Shown here: positions 16,177 to 24,459 of the stretch, in pieces
How the letters are laid out: every line of letters begins with the position of its first letter
How positions within the stretch are numbered: position 1 is the stretch's first letter
DNA from: Candidatus Saccharimonadota bacterium
GTDB taxonomy: Archaea; Micrarchaeota; Micrarchaeia; Micrarchaeales; Micrarchaeaceae
Assembly (NCBI GenBank): GCA_963698035.1
Contig: OY969114.1
Location: forward strand, 570,001-602,000
DNA length: 32,000 nt
Direction of reading: 5' to 3'
Notes under the pieces: generated by a model
What the model saw: only the letters and a program-made list of their open reading frames with translations
Databases searched by the model: none
What the model was told of the DNA's origin: nothing
Program-made: the position numbers and the translations under genes

Positions 16177-16917
16177 TTAGCCCCATACATCTGCGCTTAC
16201 TCTTTGCGGCGGAACATTCAATGCAGTAAGCGCGTCTTTCACCGCCTTCACGAAAGCGAGCGGGCCGCAAATATAACACATTCTGTCAGAGAAGTCGGGC
16301 GCATACTCCTGCACCATAGCAGAGTCGACGTGGCCCGTCTGCCCGGTCCAGCCGTCTCCCTCTGCCGGCCTTGTCACCGTTACTGCCAGCTTCAGCCTGA
16401 GCTGCTGGGTAAATCTGTTCAGCCCGTCCTTCCTTATTATCTCGGTAGGGAACTTGACGCTGTACAGCATTACAATATCTGTTGTTGCGCCCACCATCTT
16501 CATGTGCCTCAGCATTGACATGAACGGCGCGAGCCCAGTTCCGCCAGCGATGAAAAGCACCTTGCTGTCCTTGTCCGAATCGAACTTAAATTGCCCGCTT
16601 GGCCCCCTAAGCACAAACGGGTCGTCCATCTCTATGTCCATGAAGTGAGACCTTCCGATGTGTTCACCGTGGGTCGGGTTCTTTATGACAAAGAACTCCA
16701 TGTTTATAGAGGAGGGATTAGACGCGATGGAAAATGCCCTTGCGATGTGCTTTTCTCCGGTGACTTTGTCGATTCCAGATAACATCATGAACATTCCGGG
16801 ATCGAACGCATTGGGCATCCCGTCTTCGGGCTTCATTCCGACTATAAGTACCTCCGGAGTCTCGTCTATCTTCTCGGATACGAAGTACTTCCTCTCAACC
16901 ACCGGGTATGTCGTCAT
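16177..16917 (-). CDS. Ferredoxin-NADP reductase-like FAD/NAD(P)-binding oxidoreductase
   Basis: RAFSIAS (RxYS-type FAD motif), LFIAGGTGLAPFMSMLRH (NAD(P) motif) and YICGPLAF. There is no Fe-S Cys cluster. Confidence 0.75.
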   Translation of the reverse strand: MTTYPVVERKYFVSEKIDETPEVLIVGMKPEDGMPNAFDPGMFMMLSGIDKVTGEKHIARAFSIASNPSSINMEFFVIKNPTHGEHIGRSHFMDIEMDDPFVLRGPSGQFKFDSDKDSKVLFIAGGTGLAPFMSMLRHMKMVGATTDIVMLYSVKFPTEIIRKDGLNRFTQQLRLKLAVTVTRPAEGDGWTGQTGHVDSAMVQEYAPDFSDRMCYICGPLAFVKAVKDALTALNVPPQRVSADVWG

Positions 16918-16925
16918 AAATCCAC

Positions 16926-18335
16926 TCAGCGTACCGTTTTCTCCTCCATTGCCTCGTGCAACATCTTGGCATAGCGTTCGGGCAGCTCGTTTGCATAAAG
17001 CTTAGCCGCCTTCCTGTTTATATACGATGGGAAGTTTATATCCTTTTGCAAGAGGATTTTCTTGAGAAGAGCGCCGGGGGCAGCGAACTTCGGTTTCTCT
17101 ATAGATATAATCCTGTCACCACTGAATAGCAGGAATGCCGCTCCGCTGTGAGCCTTTATGAACGCTTCAGCGGCATCCGCCATGATCGGATTTGGTCCCC
17201 TTACCATTATGTGCCTGTTATCCCCGCTCTCGACCAAGAATGATATTATACCGTCCCTCTCTGATATGTTCTGGAAGCTGCCCAGAAGCCCGAACTGGTT
17301 CTTTACAAGCTCCAACTCTATTCTGCCTCTCAGCCTCTCTAGCTGCTGCCAGAGTATCTCCTCTGTTATGTCGGGCAACTTGAACGAGATAGTGTAAATG
17401 TCTACGCCAAACCGCTTCCTTATGCTGCTAAGCTGCCTGGCCGATGCATTCGTCGGGTAGCCTCTCGGATAGAAAGTTGACTTGGATGGGTTTCTAATAA
17501 GGGCTCTTGATGCAAGGACCAACTTTGCAAGCGACTCGTTCGATACGTTCGCAGCTACATTCCTGTTCCTGTCGGTAGGGTCGATTACTATGAACTCGCT
17601 GCCAAACCTCTTTTTCATCTCGGCAGCATCTGGCGCCTCCTTGCCCTTGTTGATGATGTCAATTACTGCAGGAAGGTGGATCGCAGAAAATGCTGCAATG
17701 GCGTCAATTAAGGAGCCGTATTGGCAGATGAGGAGTTCGCACAGGTACCCCGAGAAGCCCTCGACCCTGACGTTTGCGCCATATATGCCGTACGCCCCGA
17801 GGAAGGCTTTCAGCACTATGACGTCATCCCGCTGCCTACGGTTGAGGTGTGAGATAACGAAGCTATTGTGAAGCTGTGTCCTGTCAACGGAGCTGCCCAT
17901 CTGCGATGAGTCTTCTATTTTGTATGCCGGGACTATATCAGCTTTCAGCGCGCGCTCCTTCAGGTAGACCTGCACATAGGGGTGCTCCGCATATTTTATA
18001 ACGAAGGACTCTTTTTTCTTCTTGTCTACTATTTTCTTTCCGTACTCAAGACCCTTGCGTTCAAGCTCCTCTCTGCTGGTCTTCCTTGGGAAAAGGAGGA
18101 ATATGTCTATCTCGTCGCGCCCGCGCATCTGCGTTCCCCTTGCTCCGGAACCAACGAATATTATCTCTATGCTGCGTGGCACTATCGCCTTCAGCCTAGA
18201 CATTACCTCGTTTGCATTCGCGACAAGGTCTGCGGTTTCGCTGGCGCTCGGCTTTGAATCAACCAGCACCTGTCTTACCACCCTATCAATAGCCGCCCGC
18301 TTGCTCGCGGATATCCCAGAATTCTTGTCCTGCAT
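16926..18335 (-). CDS. cca: Archaeal class I CCA-adding enzyme (tRNA nucleotidyltransferase)
   Basis: EIIFVGSGARGTQMRGRDEIDIFLLFP is the nucleotidyltransferase signature. The track ORF extends to 18503, but that extension runs antisense through tRNA-Ala. ATG 18335 (MQDKNSG...) is preferred. Confidence 0.85.
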   Translation of the reverse strand: MQDKNSGISASKRAAIDRVVRQVLVDSKPSASETADLVANANEVMSRLKAIVPRSIEIIFVGSGARGTQMRGRDEIDIFLLFPRKTSREELERKGLEYGKKIVDKKKKESFVIKYAEHPYVQVYLKERALKADIVPAYKIEDSSQMGSSVDRTQLHNSFVISHLNRRQRDDVIVLKAFLGAYGIYGANVRVEGFSGYLCELLICQYGSLIDAIAAFSAIHLPAVIDIINKGKEAPDAAEMKKRFGSEFIVIDPTDRNRNVAANVSNESLAKLVLASRALIRNPSKSTFYPRGYPTNASARQLSSIRKRFGVDIYTISFKLPDITEEILWQQLERLRGRIELELVKNQFGLLGSFQNISERDGIISFLVESGDNRHIMVRGPNPIMADAAEAFIKAHSGAAFLLFSGDRIISIEKPKFAAPGALLKKILLQKDINFPSYINRKAAKLYANELPERYAKMLHEAMEEKTVR

Positions 18336-18385
18336 TCTATCAATAACAATAGAGTAATAAATCTTAAATACTGGTATATCAGCAC

Positions 18386-18457
18386 GGGCTCTTAGCTCAG
18401 GAGTAGAGCGCGTCGTTCGCAACGACGAGGTCGCGGGTGCGATTCCCGCAGAGTCCA
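18386..18457 (+). tRNA. tRNA-Ala (anticodon CGC), no encoded CCA
   Basis: Hand fold: acceptor GGGCTCT/AGAGTCC with the G3:U70 alanine identity pair, D arm GCTC-AGGAGTA-GAGC, anticodon arm CGTCG-TTCGCAA-CGACG, T arm GCGGG-TGCGATT-CCCGC, discriminator A. Confidence 0.85.
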
Positions 18458-18496
18458 CAAACTTTAAATTGATACCAACAATCAGAGCATGATACA

Positions 18497-19096
18497 ATGT
18501 CAAAGAGCATAGTATTTGTACGCCACGGAGAGAGCGGAACCAATGTAAAGTACCTGCTTAGCTCAGACATCGGCCCCTACAAACTCACCGAAAATGGCAT
18601 AAAAGATGTGGTTTCTATTGCGGAAGAAATAGCAAAAATCCCAAAAATAAGTGCCTTGTATGCAAGCCCGGTTATACGTACATTACAAACCGCGGAAATA
18701 ATAGGGAAAAGATGTGATATTTATCCAAAAACCGATGCCAGACTTAGAGAAAGGTTAATGGGTGGACTCAACAATAAGGCCTTTCCATCCTATGAGGAAA
18801 TGCTGGATGTTTACTGGAAGGAAATTGAATCCGGATACAAAACCGGTCTAGAAAGTTGGCATACGCTACAGCAGAGAATGAATAGTTTTGTTAATTCCGT
18901 AACTGGAAAAGTGACAGTTGCAGTTTCGCATTCAGATCCGATCATGGCTATGCTAGGAACCTTTGATCCAAAGATAGATGATTATAATTTTGTAATTACA
19001 GTGCCCACCGCATCTATTACTGCTGTGGATATAGAAAAGAAACAGATACTCTGCATAGGGAGCAAGTCTCTGCCTGAAACGCTTAAAAACGAGTAG
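18497..19096 (+). CDS. Histidine phosphatase superfamily protein (phosphoglycerate mutase-like)
   Basis: An N-terminal VFVRHGES catalytic motif and the downstream histidine in VAVSHSDP. 199 aa. It looks AT-richer than its neighbours. Confidence 0.8.
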   Translation: MSKSIVFVRHGESGTNVKYLLSSDIGPYKLTENGIKDVVSIAEEIAKIPKISALYASPVIRTLQTAEIIGKRCDIYPKTDARLRERLMGGLNNKAFPSYEEMLDVYWKEIESGYKTGLESWHTLQQRMNSFVNSVTGKVTVAVSHSDPIMAMLGTFDPKIDDYNFVITVPTASITAVDIEKKQILCIGSKSLPETLKNE

Positions 19097-19105
19097 AAAT
19101 CACTT

Positions 19106-19828
19106 TTATCTTTCTCTCCATACTGTCAGATACTTTGCAACCATGAATAAGATGATGGTCTCGGCTACAAGAATATAGAACATATACCATAGCGTTGGCG
19201 CGAGTCCGAAGAAGCCCTGCTCTAGCACCGCCGCAGGCGTCGTAGGTGATAAGGAAAGAATGAGGAGTATCCAATGCGGAAGGTACTTGTAAGGGTAGAA
19301 TGTAGGAGGAAATATCATCATCAAAAGCGATAATAGGGAGGTAATCGCCCAGACGAATCTCTGGTGCTTTACCAAGCTTGTCAGCAAGAACCCCAACGAA
19401 GCGGTGGACAATAGCACAAGCACCGCGACTATTAGCGTCATAACGAAACTGTATGGGGTAAGTATGTGGAATATTATGTCCAATACGAAATAGATTGCGA
19501 TGCTCGGGATTGACCAAAAGAAATCGGCAAGCATGACGCCGAGCATGTAATCAATGGACGATGTCCTCGTTGTGACTATCAGGTCTTTGTACATGTACTC
19601 GAACTTGAACATCCCGAGGTCTGCCATGGTGGTTATTCCATTAGTTGCAACAACAGAGATGAGGCCTCCTGCAAGAGCGTACGGTAGCAATGTACCGTCC
19701 GAAAGCACCCCAACGACAAAGAGGAGAGATAATGGAAAGCCCACGCTAGAGATCATATACAACCATGTCGACCTGAGCGAGCCTGCTCCCGTGAACCACG
19801 AGTGCGCAATTATAAACTTAAGATTCAA
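19106..19828 (-). CDS. ABC-2 type transporter permease
   Basis: 240 aa with about 6 TM helices. It overlaps the upstream ATPase stop by 11 nt. Confidence 0.75.
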   Translation of the reverse strand: MNLKFIIAHSWFTGAGSLRSTWLYMISSVGFPLSLLFVVGVLSDGTLLPYALAGGLISVVATNGITTMADLGMFKFEYMYKDLIVTTRTSSIDYMLGVMLADFFWSIPSIAIYFVLDIIFHILTPYSFVMTLIVAVLVLLSTASLGFLLTSLVKHQRFVWAITSLLSLLMMIFPPTFYPYKYLPHWILLILSLSPTTPAAVLEQGFFGLAPTLWYMFYILVAETIILFMVAKYLTVWRER

Positions 19829-20657
19829 GATTAACCCCTCTTCTTATGAAAAGATCGTCAAGCGTCACGGGTTTTATTATGTCCTCTCGCCCCACAAAGG
19901 ATTTTGCCGCGCTCTCTTTCATGTAGGATATCCATGTAGTGCCTATCCTGTATGAGGACTTCCTTTTTCTCAGGCCCTCTATCCTCACAAGGCCGTCGAA
20001 TGGCTTTAGCAACTGGTTAACTGTGCCGTGCGCGAATATCTTCCCAGACTCTATCATCAATACATCCTCTGAAAGGGCCTGCGCCTCTTCCATGTAATGC
20101 GTAGTGAGTATTACTTGGCCCTTTATCGCCCTTATAGCGGACCATACCTCTACTCTCGAGAAGGGGTCGAGCCCCGTTGTGGGCTCGTCAAGGAATACAA
20201 TGTCAGCTTCTGCAGCGATGGCCATTGCCACAAATATCTTTCTCTTCATCCCTCCAGAAAGCTCATACGAGAGCTTGTCCCTTGCGTCCCAGAGGCCAAC
20301 CTTCCTGAGGGCCACCCCAGCTGCCCTCATCGACTCTCTCATGCCCACGCCCCTTGCAGACAGATATAGCCTTACGCCATCGATGGTTGAAAGGTAGTCT
20401 ATGGGCTTTGATTCCTGCGGTATGCTTACCGCAATCTTCCTTATTGATGGTGCATTTTTGATTACATCAAGGTCGTTTATCGCTGCCTTGCCAGATGTGG
20501 GCATCAGCTGTGTGGAAAGAATCCTGAGAAGCGTCGTCTTGCCAGCCCCGTTCCTGCCTATTATCGAGGTTATCTTCTTATCCAGCTTGAAGCTGACGCT
20601 CTTCAGCGCGACAGTCCCATCGCCATAGCGTTTGGTGAGCCCTAATACTTCTATCAT
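19818..20657 (-). CDS. ABC transporter ATP-binding protein (ABC-2/DrrA-like exporter)
   Basis: Walker A GRNGAGKTT, signature LSGGMKRK, Walker B IVFLDEPTTGLD. ATG 20657 (MIEVLGLTKRY...) is preferred over the track start 20726. An A/T box (ttaataaaa, minus strand) lies about 30 nt upstream. Confidence 0.9.
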   Translation of the reverse strand: MIEVLGLTKRYGDGTVALKSVSFKLDKKITSIIGRNGAGKTTLLRILSTQLMPTSGKAAINDLDVIKNAPSIRKIAVSIPQESKPIDYLSTIDGVRLYLSARGVGMRESMRAAGVALRKVGLWDARDKLSYELSGGMKRKIFVAMAIAAEADIVFLDEPTTGLDPFSRVEVWSAIRAIKGQVILTTHYMEEAQALSEDVLMIESGKIFAHGTVNQLLKPFDGLVRIEGLRKRKSSYRIGTTWISYMKESAAKSFVGREDIIKPVTLDDLFIRRGVNLES

Positions 20658-20712
20658 GTTATTCCTAGCAATACAGAAGCTGATTTTATTAATGTTTTGG
20701 CTGGCCGAAAGG

Positions 20713-21315
20713 CTAGCGAAGGGCATCTAGTATCTCGTCCGTTTTCCTCACCCTGCCCATCCTCTTGAAAGCTATATTTATTGCAGCATTATGCATGTCC
20801 GCCGACATTGATGCCATCGCATCTTCTGCGAATATCTGCTGGAAGCCATATTCATAGGCGAACCTTGCAGTGCTCTCAACTCCGTGGTTCGTCGATATCC
20901 CGCAGAGCACAATCGCCTTCATTCCTCTTCTTCTCAGCTGCAACTCTAGTTCGGTGCCGTAGAAAGCACCCCACTGCCTCTTCGTTATTATTATATCGCC
21001 CTCTTTTGGCCCGATCTCCGGCACAAAATCCGTCCAGTCTGCCGACCGGGGTGCATTCGAGCTCCAGCCCTGGTCATCCACAATCACGTTGAGCCTGTCC
21101 GCTTGCGACGATACTACATGCACAAGGAAGACCGGCATATTATTCTTCCTGAATGTTTCGGCAAGCTTTGCCGCGTTCTGCACAACAACATCCGCACTGT
21201 ATGGTGCCAGCTGTCTCCCAGCCGAAGCTATACCCTTCTGGAGGTCTATTACCACCAGAGCTGTGCTCTTCTTGTCTATATCCAAAGCCATTGCATTACT
21301 TCCTATCTTTTTCAA
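20713..21315 (-). CDS. Isochorismatase-family cysteine hydrolase
   Basis: TALVVIDLQ at the N-terminus, KRQWGAFYGT, and the catalytic-Cys region IVLCGISTNHGVESTAR. ATG 21291 is an alternative start. Confidence 0.85.
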   Translation of the reverse strand: MKKIGSNAMALDIDKKSTALVVIDLQKGIASAGRQLAPYSADVVVQNAAKLAETFRKNNMPVFLVHVVSSQADRLNVIVDDQGWSSNAPRSADWTDFVPEIGPKEGDIIITKRQWGAFYGTELELQLRRRGMKAIVLCGISTNHGVESTARFAYEYGFQQIFAEDAMASMSADMHNAAINIAFKRMGRVRKTDEILDALR

Positions 21316-22306
21316 CCTGATAATTATCCAGCTTTATTGCGCGGCTGTACAACTGCGCGAATCTCCGGTCCGCCTCCCCGAAGTTTATCTTGGTTATGTG
21401 CTCGCTTCTCTTGTTTATTATGTTGAAGGGAGGTACCTTATAGGCAACCCTGTCGTCCATCATGAGGCGTTCGTGCTGCTCCATAGTGTCCTTTTGGTCC
21501 ATGAGCCTTGTGTCGAGCTCTATGGCGTACCCCGAAAGCTCGTCCTTGAGGTCTGCTATGTCCTGCGCGAACCCTGCGCCCATCATCTCCCTCGATGTAA
21601 GTATGGTTATCTTGGTGAAGCCGCCCAGATCGTTGCCAATCAGCCTGTAGAAATTTTGCAACGCCGTGGAGTTGAAGTGCTTGTCTATCACCCTGATATG
21701 GCCTGACATATTGGCAAATATCTGCTCTTGTATCGAAACCATGTTCGAGAAAGGTCTTGCAGGGTCGATCACCAACGTCGTCTTTCCACGCGCGCCAGTT
21801 CTGCGGGGCTGCTTTACTCTCATTATGTACTCGATGTAACCCACAGACCCAATGCAGAGGAAGAATCCTAGATATGGCACGTAGATGTATTCGTTCTGGA
21901 AGCCGGGCACTATGCCCAGCGCTGCAAGGTAGAAGAGCAGGATGAATATTACGCTGAGCACCGCATGCAGCAGCGTATACTTGCCCGTAGATCTTGACGG
22001 GAGGTCTCTTCTGCTCAGCAGAAGTATGAATGCCGCAGCGCAGAGCGCGAGCGCGATAACGAATGCTATGAAGGACTCGAGTATTCCCTCCCCAATTGCT
22101 GAGATGCCGAGCACCACCGGGCTAAGCGATGATATTACCGATTGATTGTAGGCTATGCCCTGAAGCGAGGCTCCCAGCCCAAGCCCGTAGAGTATCGAGA
22201 GATTGTATACTAGGTAGACCGAGCCGAAGATAAGCATGAGCGAGCCTATGCTGAGCGCTAGGTAAGCGAACGAGACATTCCTCTTTATTAGATCTATTTC
22301 CTCCAC
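21296..22306 (-). CDS. Uncharacterised protein: N-terminal multi-TM domain plus a C-terminal soluble domain with a degenerate HKD-like motif
   Basis: The track ORF reaches 22525, but that part is antisense to lipA. GTG 22306 lies about 26 nt downstream of an A/T box (complement of 22321-22338). There are about 5 hydrophobic helices. The C-terminal domain contains HERLMMDDRVAYKVPPFN. Confidence 0.6.
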   Translation of the reverse strand: MEEIDLIKRNVSFAYLALSIGSLMLIFGSVYLVYNLSILYGLGLGASLQGIAYNQSVISSLSPVVLGISAIGEGILESFIAFVIALALCAAAFILLLSRRDLPSRSTGKYTLLHAVLSVIFILLFYLAALGIVPGFQNEYIYVPYLGFFLCIGSVGYIEYIMRVKQPRRTGARGKTTLVIDPARPFSNMVSIQEQIFANMSGHIRVIDKHFNSTALQNFYRLIGNDLGGFTKITILTSREMMGAGFAQDIADLKDELSGYAIELDTRLMDQKDTMEQHERLMMDDRVAYKVPPFNIINKRSEHITKINFGEADRRFAQLYSRAIKLDNYQVEKDRK

Positions 22307-22320
22307 ACTACAAGTTACGA

Positions 22321-22338
22321 AATTAAGCTTATTAATTG
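22321..22338 (-). promoter_or_regulatory. Candidate TATA/BRE box for the TM-HKD-like gene (leaderless GTG 22306)
   Basis: The minus strand reads acaattaataagcttaatt. It is centred about 26 nt upstream of GTG 22306 and embedded in the near-palindrome ctacaa...aagctt...ttgtag. Confidence 0.4.
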
Positions 22339-22380
22339 TAGCCCAAAATTTCGGGAAAACCGCGCCACCGCACTCAAACC

Positions 22381-22388
22381 TTATATAA
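22381..22388 (+). promoter_or_regulatory. Candidate TATA box for lipA
   Basis: ttatataa is centred about 30 nt upstream of ATG 22415, consistent with a leaderless or near-leaderless transcript. Confidence 0.5.
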
Positions 22389-22414
22389 ACTCCGTCCCAA
22401 GCGCTATAGGTTGG

Positions 22415-23335
22415 ATGGCGAAACCAGAATGGCTTACCATAAGGCCTGCTTCGACCGAGAAGTACCAGACGGTCAAGAACAGGATTAAGGAACTGGGCCT
22501 GCATACGGTCTGCATGGAGGCGCACTGCCCCAACGTGGCGGAATGCTGGAGCTCTAGCACCGCCGCCTTCATGGTTCTTGGGGACCTCTGCACTAGGGGG
22601 TGCAGGTTCTGTGCAGTGCAGAAGCGCCAGAGCGGGATAAGCGTGGACAGCACGGAGCCCGAGAAGCTCGCAGGGCTCATAAAGGAATGGAAGTTAGAGT
22701 ATGTTGTGATAACCTCGGTCTGCAGGGATGACCTCCCCGACCAGGGATCCGCGCATTTTGCCAAATGCGTCAGACAGATAAAGGGAGACTCGCCGGGCAC
22801 GCTCGTCGAGCTGCTGATACCGGATTTCCAGGATGATGCTGCAGCGCTGCGGACCATAATTAATTCGAAGCCTGATGTCATAGGTCACAACATAGAGACG
22901 GTCAGGAGGCTTAGCCCCTTGATGAGGGACAGGAGGGCCTCCTACGATAGGTCGCTCGAGGTGCTCGAAAAGCTGAAGGAGATGAACAGCAGCATATACA
23001 CAAAGTCTGCAATGATGCTCGGCATGGGCGAGAGAGAGGATGAGGTACTGCAGGCGATGTCAGACCTCAGGAGTGCCGGTGTCGACTTCCTGGCGATAGG
23101 CCAGTATCTCAGACCTTCATCAAACGGATTCTATGCAGAAGTAAAGGAGTATGTCTCTCCGCAGAGGTTCGAGTACTTCAAGGAGAAAGGGCTGGAGATG
23201 GGATTCAAGTACGTTGCGGCTGGCCCTTTCGTAAGGAGCTCCTATAAGGCGGGAGAGCATTTCATTAAAGTGCTGGTGGAAAAAAGAGAGGGCGCAAATA
23301 GGTTAGGCATTGCGCTATCTGCTGAAGTTCCATGA
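22415..23335 (+). CDS. lipA: Lipoyl synthase (radical SAM)
   Basis: Auxiliary-cluster motif CMEAHCPNVAEC and radical-SAM motif CTRGCRFC. 306 aa. Confidence 0.95.
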   Translation: MAKPEWLTIRPASTEKYQTVKNRIKELGLHTVCMEAHCPNVAECWSSSTAAFMVLGDLCTRGCRFCAVQKRQSGISVDSTEPEKLAGLIKEWKLEYVVITSVCRDDLPDQGSAHFAKCVRQIKGDSPGTLVELLIPDFQDDAAALRTIINSKPDVIGHNIETVRRLSPLMRDRRASYDRSLEVLEKLKEMNSSIYTKSAMMLGMGEREDEVLQAMSDLRSAGVDFLAIGQYLRPSSNGFYAEVKEYVSPQRFEYFKEKGLEMGFKYVAAGPFVRSSYKAGEHFIKVLVEKREGANRLGIALSAEVP

Positions 23336-24061
23336 ATCTTTTGAGTATATCTTATCTGCTAGCTCCTTCGCCCTGGCGTTTTCCGCCTCTGTAAACGAGC
23401 CAAATTCGCACTCCCTGCCCTCAGCGAATCCCTTCAGCAGGGCTTCGTAAAGGTCGTCCTGGCTCACCTCCGAATGGTCCGAAACCGAGGTGACGCGCTC
23501 CTCAACGCTCTTTATCATTTTGTCCGATATTTTCTCGCTCCCTACCTTTAGGACCCCGAACATCTTCTTTACATCGACCTTGTACAACACTGTGCCATGC
23601 TGCAGAAGCACGCGATCCCTCCTAGTCTGCGCGTTCCCCGAAATCTTTTTTCCCTCTACTATTATGTCGTTTATCGGCTCGAATTCTGCGTTGATGCTTA
23701 GGAGGGAAAGCCCCGATATTATAGATCCGCAAATCGCCCTATAGCTCTCTATGATGTTTTTCGGAAAGAGCTCTTCTGGGGCTATCACGCTGTATGTTAT
23801 CTCGCCTTCGTTGTCATGGTAGACTGCGCCCCCACCAGTTATTCTCCTTACATAAGAGATGCCGAGCTGCCTGCACCTCTCTATGTCAACCTCGTCATGC
23901 ATGCTCTGGAAGTTGCCGATCGAAACAGCGCTGGGCAGCCACCTATAGAACCTTATTGTGGGGGGTGATGTCCCGTCCCTCACCCCCTCAAGCAGCGCGT
24001 TGTCGATAGCCATGTTGGAGTATGCGTCCCTCGTCTCAAGCCTAACAAACCTCCACCTCAT
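23315..24061 (-). CDS. lplA: Lipoate-protein ligase A, catalytic N-terminal-domain subunit
   Basis: RRITGGGAVYHD and the catalytic lysine region GKKISGNAQTR. At 248 aa it lacks the C-terminal accessory domain. Confidence 0.9.
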   Translation of the reverse strand: MRWRFVRLETRDAYSNMAIDNALLEGVRDGTSPPTIRFYRWLPSAVSIGNFQSMHDEVDIERCRQLGISYVRRITGGGAVYHDNEGEITYSVIAPEELFPKNIIESYRAICGSIISGLSLLSINAEFEPINDIIVEGKKISGNAQTRRDRVLLQHGTVLYKVDVKKMFGVLKVGSEKISDKMIKSVEERVTSVSDHSEVSQDDLYEALLKGFAEGRECEFGSFTEAENARAKELADKIYSKDSWNFSR

Positions 24062-24342
24062 CTCCCCACCGCCTTCAACACAACCTCTGCAATCGCATTC
24101 GGCGTAATCCCTATGAGCTCCGCCCCCCTCCTGCTTATGGCCTCGCTTATCCTGCGCGATAGCGATTCCATGCTCTCGTTAACATTCGCGCTTACAAGTG
24201 AACTCTCCATCTCATCTATGGCGCTCTCCGGGTGCAAGAAGAAGTCCCCCAATATTTCTATCCTCTCTATCCTGTCGCTGTACTCTACCTTGATGCACAC
24301 CATCTTGCCGCCCGGAATCTTCATCTTCGCTGTGCCTTGCAA
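24058..24342 (-). CDS. lplB: Lipoate-protein ligase accessory subunit (free-standing LplA C-terminal domain)
   Basis: 94 aa. KIPGGKMVCIKVEY...IERIEILGDFFLHPE matches the LplA C-terminal domain. It overlaps the lplA start by 4 nt (ATGA). The track start is TTG 24342; ATG 24324 is an alternative. Confidence 0.8.
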   Translation of the reverse strand: MQGTAKMKIPGGKMVCIKVEYSDRIERIEILGDFFLHPESAIDEMESSLVSANVNESMESLSRRISEAISRRGAELIGITPNAIAEVVLKAVGR

Positions 24343-24459
24343 ATCCCCACCAAATAAGATTAAGTAGCAAGAAATAAAGATTGTTGCCGATCATCTAATC
24401 GGTATGGTGTTTTCATAAGATTCGCCAAGTTCTTCGAGAGGTTTCTGGGATGGAAGATA

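Noticed and set aside
18336-18503. N-terminal 56 codons of the track ORF 16926..18503 (cca)
   Set aside because: The extension reads straight through tRNA-Ala on the opposite strand (translation ...GIAPATSSLRTTRSTPELRA is the tRNA antisense). The nucleotidyltransferase domain begins after ATG 18335.
21089-22881. ORFs 21089..21706 (+), 22381..22881 (-), and the 5' extension 22307..22525 of the TM-HKD-like ORF
   Set aside because: These are antisense to the isochorismatase/TM-HKD genes or to lipA, whose Fe-S motifs make its frame unambiguous. The extension would also run across both candidate promoters.
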